From positions 1,924-65,923 of the forward strand of contig JBOHRE010000003.1 in the NCBI GenBank assembly GCA_050732635.1: a stretch of DNA of 64,000 nucleotides, in the 5' to 3' direction. A program made the translations under genes and the position numbers. Shown in pieces: positions 61,055 to 64,000 of the stretch. This DNA is from Longimicrobiales bacterium. GTDB lineage: Bacteria; Gemmatimonadota; Gemmatimonadetes; Longimicrobiales; RSA9. The notes below the pieces were generated by a model, which did not search any database, was not told where the DNA came from, and saw only the letters and a program-made list of their open reading frames with translations. The first letter of the stretch is position 1. Each line of letters starts with the position of its first letter.

Positions 61055-61125
61055 CGGGCTGGCGCATCGGTCGACTCGGCGGCGACGGGCTGTACAACAT
61101 GTACCAAAACCACGAGGAGACGAGC
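61055..61125. repeat. Right arm of the long imperfect inverted repeat
   Basis: Core GGCTGTACAACATGTACCAAAA (61088-61109). See the left arm at 60337-60418. Confidence 0.6.
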
Positions 61126-61327
61126 GGGTAACGGCCGGCTCGGAGCACGCGGCCGGCGGGCGGCGGACGACGGCGGGCGCCACAGCGCCAGTCGCCGCAA
61201 TCGAGGTGGCCGGCCGGACACCCCGGCGCGGTGACCCAGAGGCGAGCCGGGTTGGGCGGGCGTCGGGGCGGAATCGAGCGCCGCTAATTGTGGGCGGCGC
61301 GTTGGCCCACGTGCAACTGCGCGCGGG

Positions 61328-62374
61328 ATGGGCACGACGATCAAGGACGTGGCACGGGAGGCCGGCGTCTCGGTGGCGACGGTGTCGCGCGCGTTCAATG
61401 GGAGCGGGCCGGTGCGTCCGGACACGCTGCGGCGGATCGAGGACGTGGCCGAGCGGCTGCGGTACCGGCCGCACGGCGGTGCGCGCAGCCTGATCACGCG
61501 GCAGACGCGCACGGTAGGAGTGCTGCTGCCGGATCTGTACGGTGAGTTCTTCTCCGAGGTGCTGCGCGGCATCGACAAGACGGCGCAGGCGCGCGCACAC
61601 CATATCCTGGTGTCGAGCTCGCACAACGAGCGCGAGGAGCTGGAGGCGGCGGTGGCGGCAATGCACGGCCGCGTCGATGGCCTGATCCTGATGGCCCAGG
61701 ACACCGGGGTCGCGTCGCTGCTAGGCGAGATTCCGTTCGGCCTGCCGCTGGTGCTGCTGAACTGTCGGGCGGATGGGCCGTACGACTCGATCACCATCGC
61801 CAACGAGCGGGGCACGCGCGCGGTCGTGCGCCATCTGAGCGCGCTCGGTCATCGACGGATCGCGATGATCAAGGGTCCGGACGGCAATTTCGATGCGGCG
61901 GAGCGGCTGCGCGGGTATCGCAAAGGGATGCGCGAGGCGGGGGTGACGAGCACGTCGGCGCTGGAGCTACCAGGCGCCTTCACGGATGCGTCGGGGTACG
62001 CGGCGGCCAAGCATCTGCTGAGGATGCGGCCGCGGCCAACGGCAGTGCTGGCCGCCAATGACACGACGGCGCTGGGCGCACTGAGCGCGCTGCGTGAGGC
62101 GGGCGTCGCGGTGCCGGACGACATCGCGGTCGTCGGCTTCGACGACATTCCGATGGCGCGCTATCTCAATCCACCGCTCACCACGGTTCACGTGTCGATC
62201 CGGGAGCTAGGCAAGCGAGCGGTCGAACGGCTGCTCACGGCACTGGACGATAAGGACGCGCACGAACCGCGCGAGGACGTGCTGCCGACGCGGCTCGTAG
62301 TGCGTGGCACGTGCGGCGCGCCGACGCTGACCGGCGGCAGCCACGCAGCTGACACGGACGAGGGGCAATGTTGA
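61328..62374 (+). CDS. LacI-family transcriptional regulator
   Basis: MGTTIKDVAREAGVSVATVSRAFNGSGPVRPDTLRRIEDVAERLRYRPHGGARSL (HTH_LacI), followed by a periplasmic-binding-protein-like sugar-binding core. Confidence 0.9.
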   Translation: MGTTIKDVAREAGVSVATVSRAFNGSGPVRPDTLRRIEDVAERLRYRPHGGARSLITRQTRTVGVLLPDLYGEFFSEVLRGIDKTAQARAHHILVSSSHNEREELEAAVAAMHGRVDGLILMAQDTGVASLLGEIPFGLPLVLLNCRADGPYDSITIANERGTRAVVRHLSALGHRRIAMIKGPDGNFDAAERLRGYRKGMREAGVTSTSALELPGAFTDASGYAAAKHLLRMRPRPTAVLAANDTTALGALSALREAGVAVPDDIAVVGFDDIPMARYLNPPLTTVHVSIRELGKRAVERLLTALDDKDAHEPREDVLPTRLVVRGTCGAPTLTGGSHAADTDEGQC

Positions 62375-64000
62375 CGCGCGCGCGTGGAGTCGCTATCGCC
62401 GTGAGCGCCGGTCTGGCACTCGGCTGCGCCGCGCCGCGCGACGTGTCGGCGCCGCCGGTCGAGCCATCGCCGCCGCGAGGCCGGGTGGCGACGACTCCTC
62501 CACCGCCGGCGCCAGTCGTCACGGCCGGCCGGCGAGCGGCGGCGGTCCGCGATCCACGGATGGAGCAGTTCGTCGACTCCGTGCTGGCGCGCATGACGCT
62601 GGCCGACAAGCTAGGCCAGCTGAATCAGCCCACGGGCCCCGGTCCACAGACGGGTCCCGAGCAGCGTTCCGGTTCGGAGGCGGACGTACGTGCCGGTCGC
62701 ATCGGCTCCTTCCTGGGCGTGTGGGGCGCCGCCAACACGCGCAGCCTTCAGCGCATCGCAGTGGAGGAGAGCCGGCTGGGAGTGCCGCTGCTGTTCGCGC
62801 ACGACGTGATCCACGGCTTCCGCACGATCTTCCCGGTTCCGTTGGCCGAATCCGCGAGCTTCGACACCGCGGCGGTCGAGCGTGCGGCGCGCATTGCCGC
62901 CACGGAAGGCGCGGCGCACGGCGTTCACTGGACCTATGCGCCGATGGTGGATCTCGCGCGCGATCCTCGCTGGGGCCGCATTGTCGAGGGCGCGGGCGAG
63001 GATCCGTTTCTGGGTGCGGCCATGGCGGCCGCGCGGGTGCGCGGCTTCCAGGGCGAGGACCTCTCGGCGGACAACACAATGATGGCGACGGCCAAGCACT
63101 TCGTCGCCTATGGCGCCGCGGAGGGCGGTCGCGACTACAACACCGCCGACATCTCCGACATTACGCTGCACGAGATCTACCTGCCGCCGTTCCGCGCCGC
63201 GATCGACGCGGGCGCAGGTTCGGTGATGGCCGCCTTCAACGAGATCGGCGGCGTGCCGATGCATGCGCACAACGAGCTCATCGATGGGCTGCTGCGCGAG
63301 GAGTGGGGCTGGGACGGCGTCCTGGTGAGCGACTACACGGGCGTGCTGGAGCTGCTGCGCCACGGCATTGCGGCGACGCCGGCCGAGGCGGGTGTCCTCG
63401 CGCTCGCGGCCGGCGTTGACGTGGACATGGTCAGCCGGATCTACCTCGAGCACCTCGATTCGATGGTTCTCGCCGCCCAGGTCGACGAGCGGGAGATCGA
63501 TGAGGCAGTGCGGCGCGTGCTGCGCGCGAAGTACCGCCTCGGCCTGTTCGAGGATCCGTACCGCTACGCCGACGAGGCCCGGGAGCGCGCGCTCACGCTG
63601 GCGCCCGAGCACGTGGCGGAGGCGCGCGCACTGGCGCGCAAGGCGATCGTGCTGCTGAAGAACGAGCCGCACAACGGCTCGGCGGTGCTGCCGCTACGCA
63701 GGGACATCGGCACGATCGCCGTGATCGGCGCGCTGGCGAGCGATCAGCGCTCGCCGTTGGGCTCGTGGGCGGCCGCCGGGCGTGCCGAGGACGCCGTATC
63801 GGTGCTCGACGGGATCCGCGCGGCCGTCGCGCCGGCAACCACGGTGCTGTACGCCGAGGGCGCAGCGGTGGAGGGTCAGGACACGAGCGGTTTCGCCGAA
63901 GCGCTGCGGGTGGCGCGGCGCGCCGACGCCGTGGTGCTGGTACTCGGCGAGCACCACGACATGAGCGCGGAGGCACGCAACCGCAGCTCGCTGGATCTGC
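62368..64000 (+). CDS. Glycoside hydrolase family 3 (BglX-like beta-glucosidase) lipoprotein; 3' end beyond the window
   Basis: Open-ended, so absent from the track. Manual translation from ATG 62368 reads MLTRARGVAIAVSAGLALGC...DKLGQLNQ...GVPLLFAHDVIHGFRTIFPVPLAE...WTYAPMVDLARDPRWGRIVEGAGEDPFLG...AKHFVAYGAAEGGRDYN...VMAAFNEIGGVPMHAHNELIDGLLREEWGWDGVLVSDY. It overlaps the LacI stop by 7 nt. Confidence 0.9.
   Translation, partial: MLTRARGVAIAVSAGLALGCAAPRDVSAPPVEPSPPRGRVATTPPPPAPVVTAGRRAAAVRDPRMEQFVDSVLARMTLADKLGQLNQPTGPGPQTGPEQRSGSEADVRAGRIGSFLGVWGAANTRSLQRIAVEESRLGVPLLFAHDVIHGFRTIFPVPLAESASFDTAAVERAARIAATEGAAHGVHWTYAPMVDLARDPRWGRIVEGAGEDPFLGAAMAAARVRGFQGEDLSADNTMMATAKHFVAYGAAEGGRDYNTADISDITLHEIYLPPFRAAIDAGAGSVMAAFNEIGGVPMHAHNELIDGLLREEWGWDGVLVSDYTGVLELLRHGIAATPAEAGVLALAAGVDVDMVSRIYLEHLDSMVLAAQVDEREIDEAVRRVLRAKYRLGLFEDPYRYADEARERALTLAPEHVAEARALARKAIVLLKNEPHNGSAVLPLRRDIGTIAVIGALASDQRSPLGSWAAAGRAEDAVSVLDGIRAAVAPATTVLYAEGAAVEGQDTSGFAEALRVARRADAVVLVLGEHHDMSAEARNRSSLDL

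Noticed and set aside
60313-61148. ORFs 60313..60693 (+), 60492..60971 (+) and 60726..61148 (-), including the similar N-termini of the first and last
   Set aside because: The similarity (..[10 protein letters not shown].. versus ..FWYMLYSPSP..) is a consequence of the DNA inverted repeat and shows no synonymous-site bias. The ORFs cross 46-bp repeats, whose length is not a multiple of 3, and have Pro/Arg/Ala junk composition.
978-63672. Numerous long ORFs antisense to or out of frame with recognised genes (for example 978..2444 +, 3053..4177 +, 15062..16384 +, 23017..24450 +, 29344..30726 +, 40187..41320 +, 55248..56264 -, 62611..63672 -)
   Set aside because: They are typical high-GC shadow ORFs. 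They have Arg/Gly/Asp/His-rich compositions and no motifs, and each fully overlaps a gene with clear family signatures on the other strand or in another frame.
1-64000. Mobile elements, prophage or defence islands, tRNA or rRNA genes
   Set aside because: No transposase, integrase, recombinase, phage or restriction-type motifs were recognised in any listed translation. No cloverleaf-like or rRNA-like sequence was noticed in the intergenic regions. This is absence by eye only, so a tRNAscan/Infernal/ISfinder run is still warranted.

Overview
Very GC-rich bacterial chromosomal window. I recognised no rRNA, tRNA, transposase, integrase or CRISPR array. The lineage cannot be determined by eye. The PEP-CTERM protein, the many GT-C enzymes and the Ser/Thr-kinase modules would fit a Gemmatimonadota- or Acidobacteriota-like soil bacterium, but that is a guess.

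Positions 1 to ~38.8 kb form a cell-envelope glycan locus with two parts.
(i) A ~24.6-kb run of 16 co-directional minus-strand genes, mostly joined by overlapping or 3-nt stop/start junctions. It encodes four GT-C polytopic glycosyltransferases, a nucleotidyltransferase::GT2 fusion (polyprenyl-phosphate-sugar-synthase-like), and a Big_2/beta-propeller lipoprotein. It also encodes four tandem paralogues of membrane-anchored sulfatase-fold enzymes whose active-site motif is Thr/His rather than Cys/Arg, and an MBOAT::SGNH fusion. At the head of the run sits a stand-alone cassette of adenylation enzyme, acyl-CoA-dehydrogenase-like protein, DltC-like carrier and flavin-halogenase-like protein, preceded by a 52-aa membrane peptide.
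(ii) A PEP-CTERM/exosortase-type EPS set: GT4, two CE4 deacetylases, GT2, DegT-like, FemAB-like, LMW-PTP, a large outer-membrane barrel, a lipoprotein, a PEP-CTERM protein and an NAD-dependent epimerase.

Positions ~38.8 to 64 kb are mostly housekeeping and signalling genes:
- two receiver-only regulators
- trpB/F/C, lexA and trpD
- a hybrid histidine kinase and an HD-GYP regulator
- an FHA / PP2C / Ser-Thr-kinase::TonB-C module
- truA, tal, an HtrA-like protease, purB, purC, pssA, purS, purQ
- a LacI-family regulator and a GH3 glycosidase that runs off the right edge

The best candidate for a new system is a Dlt-like route. In this model a carrier-bound aminoacyl group is tailored by a dehydrogenase and a halogenase-like flavoenzyme, then passed through a fused MBOAT::SGNH protein onto a periplasmic polymer. 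That polymer would be a lipomannan- or teichoic-acid-like glycan built by the GT-C and LtaS/EptA-architecture enzymes.

Secondary oddities:
- a ~790-bp non-coding element made of 46-47-bp tandem repeats, flanked by inverted repeats and abutting a perfect LacI-type palindrome
- inverted heptamer arrays next to a C-rich tract
- REP-like dispersed repeats around the trp genes
- a hairpin-rich leader with a 20-codon uORF

All calls rest on by-eye motif recognition in the supplied translations and sequence. No searches or computations were run.
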